Position numbers and translations under genes: made by a program. The notes beneath the pieces are model-generated. The model was not told the DNA's origin and made no database searches. It saw only the letters and a program-made list of their open reading frames with translations. From a virus (taxonomy: Duplodnaviria > Caudoviricetes): 59,840 nt of DNA. The DNA is taken from positions 1 to 59,840 of the IMG/VR virus record IMGVR_UViG_3300012041_000024; one strand, given 5' to 3'. Shown one piece after another: positions 27,433 through 36,667 of the stretch; positions within the stretch are counted from its first letter, which is position 1, and each line of letters opens with the position of its first letter.

Positions 27433-28215
27433 GTGAGCAACACAGAGCAAGAACAACGAGCAGCCGCCCGCACGGAGCGGATCAACACCGTCAACGCCGA
27501 ATGGCGTGCGCTGCAAGCGTGGCGCAAGGGCGGCGAGGTCGGCGAACGGCCCGAAACCCCGAACGTCGACATGATCCAAGACGAAGCGTTCAAGCCGATC
27601 CGGCTGAGCGTCGACCGCCCCGCCAAGGGGACACGGACGCCGAAAGCGTCTGAGCCGCTGATCTTCACGATCAACGGCAAGCCGGTGCGCTCGAACGTCA
27701 ACTCGTTCGGCGAACTGTCGTGGTCGGGCACGAAGAACCTCGTCGGCGACGCGGTGCGGGTCAAGCCCGCCGAGTTGGTGGCGATCCTGCAAGAGCAGCA
27801 CGACATCGAGAACCCGCGCTTCACTGCATGGGGTCCGGTGACGCTGAGCAACGGCGTGACACTGCAGGTCTGCAAAGTCGACGAGAACGGCGAGCCGGTC
27901 GGACTCGTCGCGACGACTGCTCAGCGCATCGCGAAAGCCGAAGTCGAGATCGAAGCGAACCTCGCAGCGATCGACAAAGTCGTCGCCGAGCGCACGCCGG
28001 TGGTTCTGCCGGTGCTCGAAGAACTGATGGCGCCGATCGTCGGAACGCCGAAGCGTCAGCGTGCGTCACGCTCGAAGGAAGCGGTCGCCGAGCGCGCCGC
28101 GGCGAAAGCAGCGAAGGCCGAAGCGAAAGCAGCGGCGCCGAAGTTGCAGCCCCGCAAGGCGAACAAGCCAGTCGTCGGGATCAAGCCCCCGACCAGCCGC
28201 CGCAAGGCAAGCTGA
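27433..28215 (+). CDS. hypothetical protein with Lys/Ala-rich histone-like tail
   Basis: GGAGG RBS then GTG; basic C-terminus. Confidence 0.7.
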   Translation: MSNTEQEQRAAARTERINTVNAEWRALQAWRKGGEVGERPETPNVDMIQDEAFKPIRLSVDRPAKGTRTPKASEPLIFTINGKPVRSNVNSFGELSWSGTKNLVGDAVRVKPAELVAILQEQHDIENPRFTAWGPVTLSNGVTLQVCKVDENGEPVGLVATTAQRIAKAEVEIEANLAAIDKVVAERTPVVLPVLEELMAPIVGTPKRQRASRSKEAVAERAAAKAAKAEAKAAAPKLQPRKANKPVVGIKPPTSRRKAS

Positions 28216-28379
28216 TGAACACGATCAAGATTTACGTCGACGATCAACTGATCCTCGAACTCAACGATCCGATGGTTCCGTCGAGTCGTCGAGTGCAGTG
28301 TCACAACCGACTCCCGCAAGCGTTCGAGCGTGAGCGATTGGCCGAGCGCTATTACGAGCTAGAGAACGGAGGTTTGTGA
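28215..28379 (+). CDS. hypothetical protein (54 aa)
   Basis: TGATG overlap. Confidence 0.55.
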   Translation: MNTIKIYVDDQLILELNDPMVPSSRRVQCHNRLPQAFERERLAERYYELENGGL

Positions 28380-28429
28380 GCGTGTCAGGTTCAAGCCTGC
28401 GCCCCGGTGCGAAGCCGGGGCACGCACGA
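28375..28429 (+). repeat. structured RNA motif copy 3
   Basis: TGTGA-GCG..CAGG[TTCAAG]CCTG-CGC-CCCGG[TGCGAAG]CCGGG-GCACGCACGA. Confidence 0.7.
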
Positions 28430-28475
28430 CCCGCTGTCACACTGACAGCGGACAATCAACAACGGAGGAATCATC

Positions 28476-29573
28476 ATGGGTCATCTATTCGACAGCGGGT
28501 TCAGCGTCCGAGAGCCGATGTGGCACGGACTCGGGAACGTCATCGACGCCTACCCCGAGAATTGGGACGCGGCCCGCAAGTTCGCCGGTATCGAGTGGGA
28601 ACCGAAAGTCGTGCCTGCGTACATCAAGCTCGACGCCCCTCGCTTCGAGGCGGTCACGCAGTGCGGAGCGTGCAACGCTCACGCCGGTTCGATCGATCAA
28701 GCGACGAACGAGTTCGAGTGCGTCGCCTGCGGGCATCGCACGCCGCCCGCGCTCACTGAGTTCGTGCGAGTCGAGAACACGAACATCGTCACTCGCGACG
28801 ACACGAACTACCCGTTCGGTCCGGTCACCGACACGTTCGCCCCGGTGCTCAACGCCCAACTCGGCGAGATCATCGAAGCGGTGCTCGGCGAGACGAACGT
28901 CAAGTTGGAGACGCTGATCTCGTTGAAGCACGGCGCGCTGATCTCTGCGCTCGTGTATCTCGACGAGCCGTACAGCGTCGCCGGTGATGACACGCAGACG
29001 TACCCGTTCTTCTCACTGTCGAACGCGCATGACGGCAGCGCAGCGCTTCGTGCGCTGTTCACCGCGATCCGCATCGTCTGCTGGAACACGTACAGCGGTG
29101 CGCTCGCCTCCGCGGAGCGCGATCATTCGCTCTACACGTTCCGCCACGTCGGCAACGTCGCCGAACGCATCGAGGAAGCGAAGAACGTCCTGTCGAACTT
29201 GCGGGCCGACAACGCCGAGTGGCGCGAACTCGCCGACGACCTGTTCAAGCTGCCCGCTCGGGCCGCCGAAGTGAAGACGTTCACCGAACTGTTCTTGGCT
29301 GCTCCCCCAGCCGGAACGTACAGCGATCGAGTCGCGGCGAACATCGACCGTGACCGTGCGATCTTCACGAAGCTGTACGAAGAGTCGTACACGACAGAGT
29401 CGCACCGCGGCACCGCGCTCGGCTTGGTCGACGCCGCAGTCGAATACCTCGACCATGTCCGCGGCTTCCGCAACGCCGACACGAAGTTCGGCCGCTCGCT
29501 GCTGCGTCAAGAGCCGCTGAAAGCGAAAGCCGTGTCGCTCGTGCGTGAGATCTGCACGATCGGAGCGAACTGA
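28476..29573 (+). CDS. DUF932 (TIGR03299-like) protein with zinc-ribbon insertion
   Basis: REPMWHGLG, NAHDGS, RIVCWNT, FRH, AVEYLDH motifs. Confidence 0.85.
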   Translation: MGHLFDSGFSVREPMWHGLGNVIDAYPENWDAARKFAGIEWEPKVVPAYIKLDAPRFEAVTQCGACNAHAGSIDQATNEFECVACGHRTPPALTEFVRVENTNIVTRDDTNYPFGPVTDTFAPVLNAQLGEIIEAVLGETNVKLETLISLKHGALISALVYLDEPYSVAGDDTQTYPFFSLSNAHDGSAALRALFTAIRIVCWNTYSGALASAERDHSLYTFRHVGNVAERIEEAKNVLSNLRADNAEWRELADDLFKLPARAAEVKTFTELFLAAPPAGTYSDRVAANIDRDRAIFTKLYEESYTTESHRGTALGLVDAAVEYLDHVRGFRNADTKFGRSLLRQEPLKAKAVSLVREICTIGAN

Positions 29574-29588
29574 CAGCACACGCACATT

Positions 29589-29632
29589 CAAGGCCCGTAC
29601 CGATCCGTCGGTGCGGGCCTTGTTGCGTTTTC
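29589..29632 (+). terminator. intrinsic terminator
   Basis: CAAGGCCCGTACCGA/TCGGTGCGGGCCTTG stem plus T-rich tail. Confidence 0.8.
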
Positions 29633-29648
29633 CATCAAGCACGCTCGG

Positions 29649-29665
29649 TGATACGCGTGTATAAT
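29649..29665 (+). promoter_or_regulatory. promoter (-10 TATAAT) overlapped by operator TGATAC-GCGT-GTATAA
   Basis: Consensus TATAAT at 29660-29665; 1 mismatch to the operator. Confidence 0.7.
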
Positions 29666-29714
29666 GTCAGTGGTGTTCGGCAAACTGTCGGCACGAACGA
29701 GGAAGGAAACACGC

Positions 29715-30041
29715 ATGGAAATACACACGACAACCGACCCGGCGATCTACCGGAGGGCGCTCGAAGTGCTCGCGCACAACCGATACGTCGTCGTCGAACG
29801 CGACGGCAACATCGTCGACACAAGCGTTCTGCAAGACGGCGACACGCTGCTCGCCGAAGTCGTGCCTGAGGGCGTCGGCTCATGCGACGTGTGCGGGTTC
29901 AGCGTCGAGCACGACGTACACGACGGACAGATCTTCGAGGCCGCCGATGATGACAGCGAATACTTCGAATACCTCGACAAGAAACAAGCGAAGCACGACG
30001 AGTGGCTGATCTCAGCCGAAGCACCGGAATGGGGGTTCTGA
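29715..30041 (+). CDS. acidic hypothetical protein
   Basis: GAGGAAGG RBS; CDVC motif. Confidence 0.65.
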   Translation: MEIHTTTDPAIYRRALEVLAHNRYVVVERDGNIVDTSVLQDGDTLLAEVVPEGVGSCDVCGFSVEHDVHDGQIFEAADDDSEYFEYLDKKQAKHDEWLISAEAPEWGF

Positions 30042-30997
30042 TGAGCGTCAACAACAACAGCAAGATCATCCGTGAACTCGTCGCGGAGATCCGCGACACG
30101 CCGGGGTTCATGTGCTCGCAAGAGGGCGCGCACATGAAAGTCCACGGACCGGACGGGCGCACGACGACGATCAAAGTCGGCCTCGGTTCCCGCAAAGGCA
30201 AAGACGACTACGACATCAGGCGCCAGCTACGCAACTTCGTCGGCTGGCCGCCGACGACGGTCGGGCGTGCGCTGCACAAGGCGACGGCGTCAGATCCGGC
30301 GCCGGATCTCGTGCTCCCCGGCCTGACGCTCGTACCGAAGACTGCGCCACCGACGAAAGCGAAGGCAAAGCCCATGACAGCGTTTGAGAAGCCGCCTACG
30401 CCGCTGCCAGCACCGGCCGCGGTGAATACGAGTCGGCAGCGAGCCGCCTACCCTGCGCCCGTCTCATGGACGCAGGCGGTGTATCTGCACTTGCAGCGCT
30501 TCGCCGGAGCCGAACTCGACTTCGAGCAGATCATCCAGGCGGTGCCGCCGCGCGATCACGGCATGGCGACATCGTCGGCGTCGCCGATCTTGTCGTCTCG
30601 CTGGCTCGACGCCCAAGAGGGCGACGTGTACTTGTGCGTCGCTCGTCGCCGCGTCGCTCGCGGCTTCGTGTACTGGTTCACCGAAAGCCCGCGTCGGCCG
30701 GAGCGGCGTGATGACTCGAAGCGCGGCGAAGAACCGAAGCCGGTGATCCCTGAGCCGAAGCCGGAGCCGCCGCTCGTGATCCCCGAGCGTGAGCCCGATC
30801 GGCCGGTCGTGCCTGAGCCGGAAGACCCGCCGAATCTGTTCGAGCGCATCGGCGAGATCCGCTCCGGTGAGCTACTGCTCAGCGACGAGCACGGCGATAT
30901 CTGGACCGCTCAACGGGCGCGGTTCGTGAGAGTTATGGAACAAGATCTGATCCGCGACGATCGCGGCGGACTATGGCGCAAGCCGGAAAGCGAGTGA
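30041..30997 (+). CDS. multidomain protein: HicA-like N-terminus, wHTH-like middle, Pro-rich linker
   Basis: GAHMKVHGPDGRTTTI; PEPKPEP repeats. Confidence 0.5.
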   Translation: MSVNNNSKIIRELVAEIRDTPGFMCSQEGAHMKVHGPDGRTTTIKVGLGSRKGKDDYDIRRQLRNFVGWPPTTVGRALHKATASDPAPDLVLPGLTLVPKTAPPTKAKAKPMTAFEKPPTPLPAPAAVNTSRQRAAYPAPVSWTQAVYLHLQRFAGAELDFEQIIQAVPPRDHGMATSSASPILSSRWLDAQEGDVYLCVARRRVARGFVYWFTESPRRPERRDDSKRGEEPKPVIPEPKPEPPLVIPEREPDRPVVPEPEDPPNLFERIGEIRSGELLLSDEHGDIWTAQRARFVRVMEQDLIRDDRGGLWRKPESE

Positions 30998-31001
30998 CGC
31001 A

Positions 31002-31262
31002 GTGACCGATCTATCGAGCGACCCGACGTTTCATTGGGAGGATTTCCATAACGCAGGCGAACCCGCGTGCAGGCACGCCGAAGTGCGGGCGTTCGCAGCG
31101 GATGATCCTGAGAACTCGTGGGCGCACTGCTCGTTCTGCGAGGCGGATCTCACCGATCAGTGGTGGGCCGGTCGCGAGTCGCTGCGACACGACTACGCGT
31201 TGATGCCGAACACGTTGTCGCATGTTGTGCAGATCTTCTACCGGAAGGCGGTCGCGTCGTGA
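31002..31262 (+). CDS. hypothetical Zn-binding protein
   Basis: CRH..CSFC. Confidence 0.5.
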   Translation: MTDLSSDPTFHWEDFHNAGEPACRHAEVRAFAADDPENSWAHCSFCEADLTDQWWAGRESLRHDYALMPNTLSHVVQIFYRKAVAS

Positions 31263-31555
31263 CGCGGCTGTTGAGTTGCCCGACGTGCGGGGTGACGACG
31301 GCGACGAACGATTCGTGGTCGTCAGGGCAGTGCGATTCGTGTTTCGACGCGGAGACGCAAGCGCTCGCTCGGGCGTACATCGCGAAGCCGCACAGCCGGT
31401 GGCGTCAGGAGATGTGGGCGTACCGTGTTGCGTTCGTCATCGGCGGCGTGCTGCTGCTGTGGGTCTCGTTCACTGACAAGAGACAAGAGCGGGTACCGAC
31501 GGCGATAGATCCGTGTGCGCTCGTCGTCACGGCCGATGGGGCGCGGTGTCGATGA
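31259..31555 (+). CDS. Zn-finger membrane protein
   Basis: CPTC..CDSC plus TM helix; GTGA overlap. Confidence 0.5.
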   Translation: MTRLLSCPTCGVTTATNDSWSSGQCDSCFDAETQALARAYIAKPHSRWRQEMWAYRVAFVIGGVLLLWVSFTDKRQERVPTAIDPCALVVTADGARCR

Positions 31556-31556
31556 G

Positions 31557-31751
31557 ATGGCGTACACGGTGAAGTTCACGATCGAGAACCAGGATCGGGA
31601 CACGCATCACGTCATCACGACGCGCTGCAAGAACGGCGAAGCGGCGGGAGTGATCACGTCGTTTCATTGGTCGGAGCGACCGCCGGGGACGATCACGTAC
31701 ATGGTCCGATACCCGGACCTACAACCACAACAACAACGGAGGAAACGATGA
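31557..31751 (+). CDS. hypothetical protein
   Basis: Fills operon gap. Confidence 0.45.
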   Translation: MAYTVKFTIENQDRDTHHVITTRCKNGEAAGVITSFHWSERPPGTITYMVRYPDLQPQQQRRKR

Positions 31752-32068
31752 GCAGAAGCTATTTCATGGAGTCGTTCAGCGTGCAGAAGTTCGGGTCGCG
31801 CGTCGAGGTCAACGTCGTCTCCGATGTCGGCTCGACGATGAGAATCACCGCGCAGCAGACCGCGCAGATCCTCGCGCAGATGGCGACAGTCGACCACGAC
31901 GCTGTGGTCGTCGCCTTGTTGATTGCGTTACGCAACGAGCGCCGCGGCACTGAGCAGAGCGTAGGGGCGCTCTGGGTCGCTCTGGTGAACACGTACGACA
32001 ACTGGCGCCGCGAGCGACTGTCATACGAGACGACTCCGGCGGCGACGACGTCGCAGGCGCGAAGATGA
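31748..32068 (+). CDS. hypothetical protein
   Basis: CAACAACGGAGG RBS. Confidence 0.6.
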   Translation: MSRSYFMESFSVQKFGSRVEVNVVSDVGSTMRITAQQTAQILAQMATVDHDAVVVALLIALRNERRGTEQSVGALWVALVNTYDNWRRERLSYETTPAATTSQARR

Positions 32069-32370
32069 GCGGCGTGGCATGGGTGATGCGAGTTTTGGAG
32101 GTGAACACCGAGAACGGCGCGGCCTGGTCGGACGATCCGATGTGGATCGCCGGGTTCGACGTCGACGAGTTCGACGGCCGCGGCTCGGTGGAGTACACGT
32201 TCGACGTTCGCACGGCGTATCGCTTCGCGACGATCGACGACTTGTTCGATGCGTGGACGATGCAGTCGCAGGTCAAGCCGCGGCGTACGGACGGGCTACC
32301 GAACAAGCCGCTGACAGCGATCACGATCGCGGCGGAACAAGTCCACGACGAGAGGTATGATCAGCGGTGA
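32065..32370 (+). CDS. hypothetical phage protein
   Basis: RTDGLPNKPLTA motif; ATGA overlap. Confidence 0.65.
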   Translation: MSGVAWVMRVLEVNTENGAAWSDDPMWIAGFDVDEFDGRGSVEYTFDVRTAYRFATIDDLFDAWTMQSQVKPRRTDGLPNKPLTAITIAAEQVHDERYDQR

Positions 32371-32478
32371 CCTTCCGATGAGGTCGGGTAGAAGTTGCGA
32401 ATGAACGGGTCGACTCAGGATTCGCCTCCACGGTCGGCCCGTTCTTCGCGTTTTGCTATACGCGCTATCATCCGGTCC

Positions 32479-32727
32479 GTGTTCTGTATTTCGTGCTCGT
32501 CGCCGCTCGACGCGGGCGTGACGCGCCTCGCGGAGTCGTTGGGCGCGCAGCGGGTGATCTGCGCCGCTTGTCTGGCGTTGTACGCGGAGCGGCCGGAGTC
32601 GGTGGTGCAGATGAACGTCCGTATCCCCGTCGAGTTGGACGCCGAGCTTCGTGAAGCGGCTCGTGAGTCGCGTGTGCCGTACGCGAAGATCGTCCGTGAC
32701 CGCCTACAGCGAGTGAGCCAGGTATGA
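32479..32727 (+). CDS. Zn-finger + ribbon-helix-helix protein (leaderless GTG)
   Basis: TATCATCCGG upstream; CISC..CAAC; QMNVRIPVELDAELREAA. Confidence 0.6.
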   Translation: MFCISCSSPLDAGVTRLAESLGAQRVICAACLALYAERPESVVQMNVRIPVELDAELREAARESRVPYAKIVRDRLQRVSQV

Positions 32728-33389
32728 GCGGGCGTGGGCATTCGTCGCTGAATAAGCCCGTCGGCCGCGACGAGAACGGCGAGATCATCACGGCGCGTGA
32801 CCGGATCTTGGCGTGGGTCGCCAGCGGTATCCCGTACGACACGTCGGTGCTCAGAGCCGGGGTGGGGTTGGTGACGGTGCATAGCTGGCTGCGGGAAGCG
32901 GCCCGCGCCGAAGAGTTGACGATGACGAACCCGTCTCACAAGCTGACGCCGTATCAGCGGGATCTCATCGTGTTCTCGCATCAGTTGGAACACGCGAAAG
33001 CGGAGGGCGAAGCGAAGTTCCACGAATCGATGCAAGCCATCGCGCACGGCAACTTGTCGCAGGTCACGACCACACTCAAACTCGTCGAAGACCCGACGTC
33101 GAACGGCGACGCCCGTACTGGCACTCCGGCCGGTTGGCGCGTCGTGGAACGCACAGTGAAAACGGAGCGGACGCTGCCGCATTTCGCTGCTCTGCGGTGG
33201 GTGTTGGAGAACCGCTACGGCCGGAAACTGCCGACGGAGTTGGTGTGGCGCGACACGATCTCGGGCACCCTGTCAGACGACGAAGGCGTCGACGTCTTGA
33301 TCGCCGGTGCGGAAGCGTATTTGGAGCAGCGCGCCGCCGCGATCGAAGCGACGTCGACCGAGTCGAACGGCTCGAATGGATCTCACTGA
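32724..33389 (+). CDS. terminase small subunit (putative)
   Basis: HTH-like N-terminus; AALRWVLENRYG; immediately before TerL. Confidence 0.65.
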   Translation: MSGRGHSSLNKPVGRDENGEIITARDRILAWVASGIPYDTSVLRAGVGLVTVHSWLREAARAEELTMTNPSHKLTPYQRDLIVFSHQLEHAKAEGEAKFHESMQAIAHGNLSQVTTTLKLVEDPTSNGDARTGTPAGWRVVERTVKTERTLPHFAALRWVLENRYGRKLPTELVWRDTISGTLSDDEGVDVLIAGAEAYLEQRAAAIEATSTESNGSNGSH

Positions 33390-35043
33390 GCAAGACGCCC
33401 TCGATCGCCTCGCGGCGTGGTTCGCTACTCGTTCCGATGACGAGGTGTTGGCGTATCTGACGAACGAAGTCCCTCGACTTGGCTTCGCCGCGCGTCGCCG
33501 GATCGAGCGCACGCTCGGGCATCGCTTGGCGGTCGGCGTGCGCGCGGAGCCGTTCACGCTCGCTCGTCACGTCCATCAGGAATGTTTGGATGCAGGGGTG
33601 CCGGATTGGCCGGAATCGGTCGAAGACTGGCCGTATGTTCGCTATCTGAGCCGTGAGATCTCCGAGACGATGACGAACGGCGGGCGACTGTGCATTTCGC
33701 TCCCGGCGCAGGTCGGTAAGTCGTTCTGGACGCGGCTCGGCGTGTTGTGGCGTCTCGACGCGCGACCGGATCGACGGGTGATCTATCTCGGCTACTCCGA
33801 TTCCCCCGCCGAAGAGGCGAGCTTTTTCATGCGTGAAGTCGTACGCGCCGCGGGCCCGAAACTGTCGTTCACGTTGCGGCAGGATTCGCAGAGCAGACAC
33901 AGATGGTTGACGGATCAGGGCGGCGGCATTCTCGCGACGGGTATCGGCGGCGGCGTCGCAGGCTTCGGCGGCAGCGTTGTCGTCGACGACCCGTTGAAGA
34001 ACTGGCAAGAGGCGCACAGCCCCGCGCGCCGTGAGTACGTGTGGAACGAGTTGCGCGCGGTGATCTCGCTGCGACTCGCGGAGGACGACTTCCTCGTGGT
34101 GTGTCACACGCGGTGGCACAAGGAAGACCCGACGGGGAAACTCGAACAGTTCGTGAAAGAAACCGGCGCGCCGTGGAAGTTCATCCGTCTCCCGATGACC
34201 GCCGAAGAGCACGACCCGATCGGCCGAGCTCCCGGCGAGGTGTTGGCGCCGGGCCGGTACTCGAAGGCGTACGTCGAAGCCCGCAAAGAACTGCTCGGCA
34301 GCTATCTGTGGTCGGCGCTCGAACAGCAGAAACCGGCCGAAGAGGAAGGTCTGTTGGTGAAGCGGGCGTGGTGGCAGTGGACAGCGACGCCGATCTCAGA
34401 TGCCGACGAATGGCTGACGAGCACTGACACGAAGATGAAGGACCGCACCGGCGGGAGCTACGTCGTGACGCAAGCGTGGGGCCGGATCGGGAACACGTTT
34501 CACTGCGTCGATCAGATGCGCGGCCAATGGTCGCAAGCCCACGCACGAGTCGCCCTCGCCTTGATGCAGCATCGCCACCCACAGATCAATCAGCACCTTG
34601 TGGAAAACGCCGGGTACGGCCCCGAGATGATGGAAGTACTCAGGGACGGCGACCCGCAATACGTACTCAGCGACGACATGGCCGGTGAACTCGGCGTCAC
34701 CCACTACGAACGAGCAGCCGTCGAGCAGATTCTTCGCGACGGATTGCCTGGCCTGATACCTATAACGCCGAAAGCGAGCAAAGAGGTCCGAGCACGTGCG
34801 ATCACCCCGCTCATCGAAGCAGGCAACGTGTTCCTCGTCGAAGGCCAACCGTGGGCCGACCAACTCGTCGACGAGTGGGCACATTTCCCAGAGCCGCCGA
34901 ATGACATCGTCGACACCACCTCCCAAGCACTCAGCAGACTCCGCCACGGCGACACAGTGAGCGCAGCACCACCAACCGCAGAACTACCCCGCCAACGACC
35001 GATGCGAGTACCGAACGCCATCGGCTCCATCCCCCGCCACTGA
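33376..35043 (+). CDS. terminase large subunit
   Basis: Walker A ISLPAQVGKS; Walker B VVVDDPLKN; HTRWH; nuclease VENAGYG, SKEVRA, DIVDTTSQAL. Confidence 0.95.
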   Translation: MDLTEQDALDRLAAWFATRSDDEVLAYLTNEVPRLGFAARRRIERTLGHRLAVGVRAEPFTLARHVHQECLDAGVPDWPESVEDWPYVRYLSREISETMTNGGRLCISLPAQVGKSFWTRLGVLWRLDARPDRRVIYLGYSDSPAEEASFFMREVVRAAGPKLSFTLRQDSQSRHRWLTDQGGGILATGIGGGVAGFGGSVVVDDPLKNWQEAHSPARREYVWNELRAVISLRLAEDDFLVVCHTRWHKEDPTGKLEQFVKETGAPWKFIRLPMTAEEHDPIGRAPGEVLAPGRYSKAYVEARKELLGSYLWSALEQQKPAEEEGLLVKRAWWQWTATPISDADEWLTSTDTKMKDRTGGSYVVTQAWGRIGNTFHCVDQMRGQWSQAHARVALALMQHRHPQINQHLVENAGYGPEMMEVLRDGDPQYVLSDDMAGELGVTHYERAAVEQILRDGLPGLIPITPKASKEVRARAITPLIEAGNVFLVEGQPWADQLVDEWAHFPEPPNDIVDTTSQALSRLRHGDTVSAAPPTAELPRQRPMRVPNAIGSIPRH

Positions 35044-35086
35044 TAGCACACCGCTATCATTCACCCACCGCAACACCGGAGCCCCC

Positions 35087-36100
35087 ATGCCGCTATTCGG
35101 AATCTCCAAGAACGAAGCACAGCGCATGATCGACGAAGCAATCACACTCGAAGCCACCGCACGAGCCAGCGTCGACAACGACCTCTACCAACAAATCGGC
35201 AACGAAGCCACCGCCCGACGAGACACCATCGAAACCGAAGCAACAACCCGCTACGCCCACGATCAGGCACTACTCGCAAGAATCACCGCACTCGAAACCG
35301 GCACACCACCCACAGGCCCGCCCGCACCCACCGCGCTCTTGACGATCAAATCCGAAGGCGCAAGCTCACTGACGGAATGGACTGTCATACTCGAAGCCGC
35401 ATACACACCAACAGACGCAACCGTCGCCATCGTCTGCTCAAACCAAGCCGCGCAACAAGGCGCAAACAACACCCGCTGGTTCATCCCGAGAACCGACACC
35501 GACACCGACGTCCAGTTCCTGATGACGGTCACGCTCCCCGACGCACGACACGCAAGCTCGACGACGAGCACGATCGTCCCTGCTCGTGAGCACACTGAGC
35601 CGCCGCCGGAGCCGACTGTCTACGAGCTACAGATCCCGGCGAGCAGTTTCACGATCGATCATGCGTTGACGCTGCACTACTCGTTCGACCACTTCGCCGA
35701 TTGGGGCCACCCCGGCGAGTCAGTGAGCGTGAACGTCCACGTCGACGAGGCAGCGAAGGCGCTGCTGTGGTTCGACTACGTGTTGGCGCGTGAGTCCGAC
35801 GACGCCACAGACCGTGTGATCGGCCCGAACACGGCGTCGTTCGATGCGACGTGCGACAAGTGGGCACAACCGCTGCGGGAGTGGTCCGACGAGCCCGTCG
35901 CCCTGGATCTCGCGGCCGGTGACACGAACATCGCTGTCGTCGTCCCCGAAGACTCTCCGGCGTGGTCGAACTGGCTCGATCTCTACGCGGCACGCATACG
36001 GGCTGATAAGCCGATCACGCTCACGGTGATGCAGGGCCGTGCTGCGCCGCTCACACCTGCCCCGATGATGGCTGATCGTCCGAGAGGGCCGGTCGGGTGA
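35087..36100 (+). CDS. coiled-coil + beta-sandwich protein (possible carbohydrate-binding/virion accessory)
   Basis: EATAR/RITALE coiled coil, Pro linkers, C-terminal beta domain; GGAG RBS. Confidence 0.55.
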   Translation: MPLFGISKNEAQRMIDEAITLEATARASVDNDLYQQIGNEATARRDTIETEATTRYAHDQALLARITALETGTPPTGPPAPTALLTIKSEGASSLTEWTVILEAAYTPTDATVAIVCSNQAAQQGANNTRWFIPRTDTDTDVQFLMTVTLPDARHASSTTSTIVPAREHTEPPPEPTVYELQIPASSFTIDHALTLHYSFDHFADWGHPGESVSVNVHVDEAAKALLWFDYVLARESDDATDRVIGPNTASFDATCDKWAQPLREWSDEPVALDLAAGDTNIAVVVPEDSPAWSNWLDLYAARIRADKPITLTVMQGRAAPLTPAPMMADRPRGPVG

Positions 36101-36276
36101 CGACGTTCATCGGGCACATACCCGACCCGACTGAGCCGCCGCCGCCGATCTGTGAGCGCATCGACTACCTCGACGACACGATGCCGTCGTGCGTCGTGCA
36201 GTGCGTCCTACCCGCAGGCCACGACGGCAAACACGCCTTCCTGCATGAGTGGACCGACCCGAGAGATCCGACATGA
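36097..36276 (+). CDS. small Cys/His protein
   Basis: C..CVLPAGHDGKH motif; overlaps at both ends. Confidence 0.55.
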   Translation: MTTFIGHIPDPTEPPPPICERIDYLDDTMPSCVVQCVLPAGHDGKHAFLHEWTDPRDPT

Positions 36277-36440
36277 GCTACGAACCGTTCCGTGAGCGCT
36301 GGGCGCGTGCGCGGCGTATCAACGAAACCGAAGGGCCGCTCGTGCCGGAGGAAGCGATGCCGACAGTGATGTCAGCGTTGCTGATCGCCCTGGTCATCGG
36401 CGTGATCGTGGGTCTGTTCATCGCGTGGTTGGTGTCATGA
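36273..36440 (+). CDS. membrane protein
   Basis: C-terminal TM helix; ATGA overlap. Confidence 0.55.
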   Translation: MSYEPFRERWARARRINETEGPLVPEEAMPTVMSALLIALVIGVIVGLFIAWLVS

Positions 36441-36667
36441 GCGGCTGGGTCGTGACGGGCGGGTTGACGCTGATGTGGCTCGGCGCGTACTACGTCGGCT
36501 ATCAGCACGGCTACAAGAAAGGCCACGACCGGGGGTTCTTCGAATGCTTCGACGCGTGGCAGGAATCCGTCGCGAAGATCTACGGCACAGTCCGACCGAA
36601 GAACCGTGATCGTGTGACGTCGTTCCACACTGACCGACCGCCGTACGACCAGGACCAAGAGCGATGA
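36437..36667 (+). CDS. membrane protein
   Basis: N-terminal TM helix, GYxxG repeats. Confidence 0.55.
   Translation: MSGWVVTGGLTLMWLGAYYVGYQHGYKKGHDRGFFECFDAWQESVAKIYGTVRPKNRDRVTSFHTDRPPYDQDQER

Noticed and set aside
27338-28429. T-loop-like GGTGCGAA/GGTTCAAG hairpins as tRNA genes
   Set aside because: No cloverleaf, anticodon arm or CCA end; kept only as a tRNA-like motif
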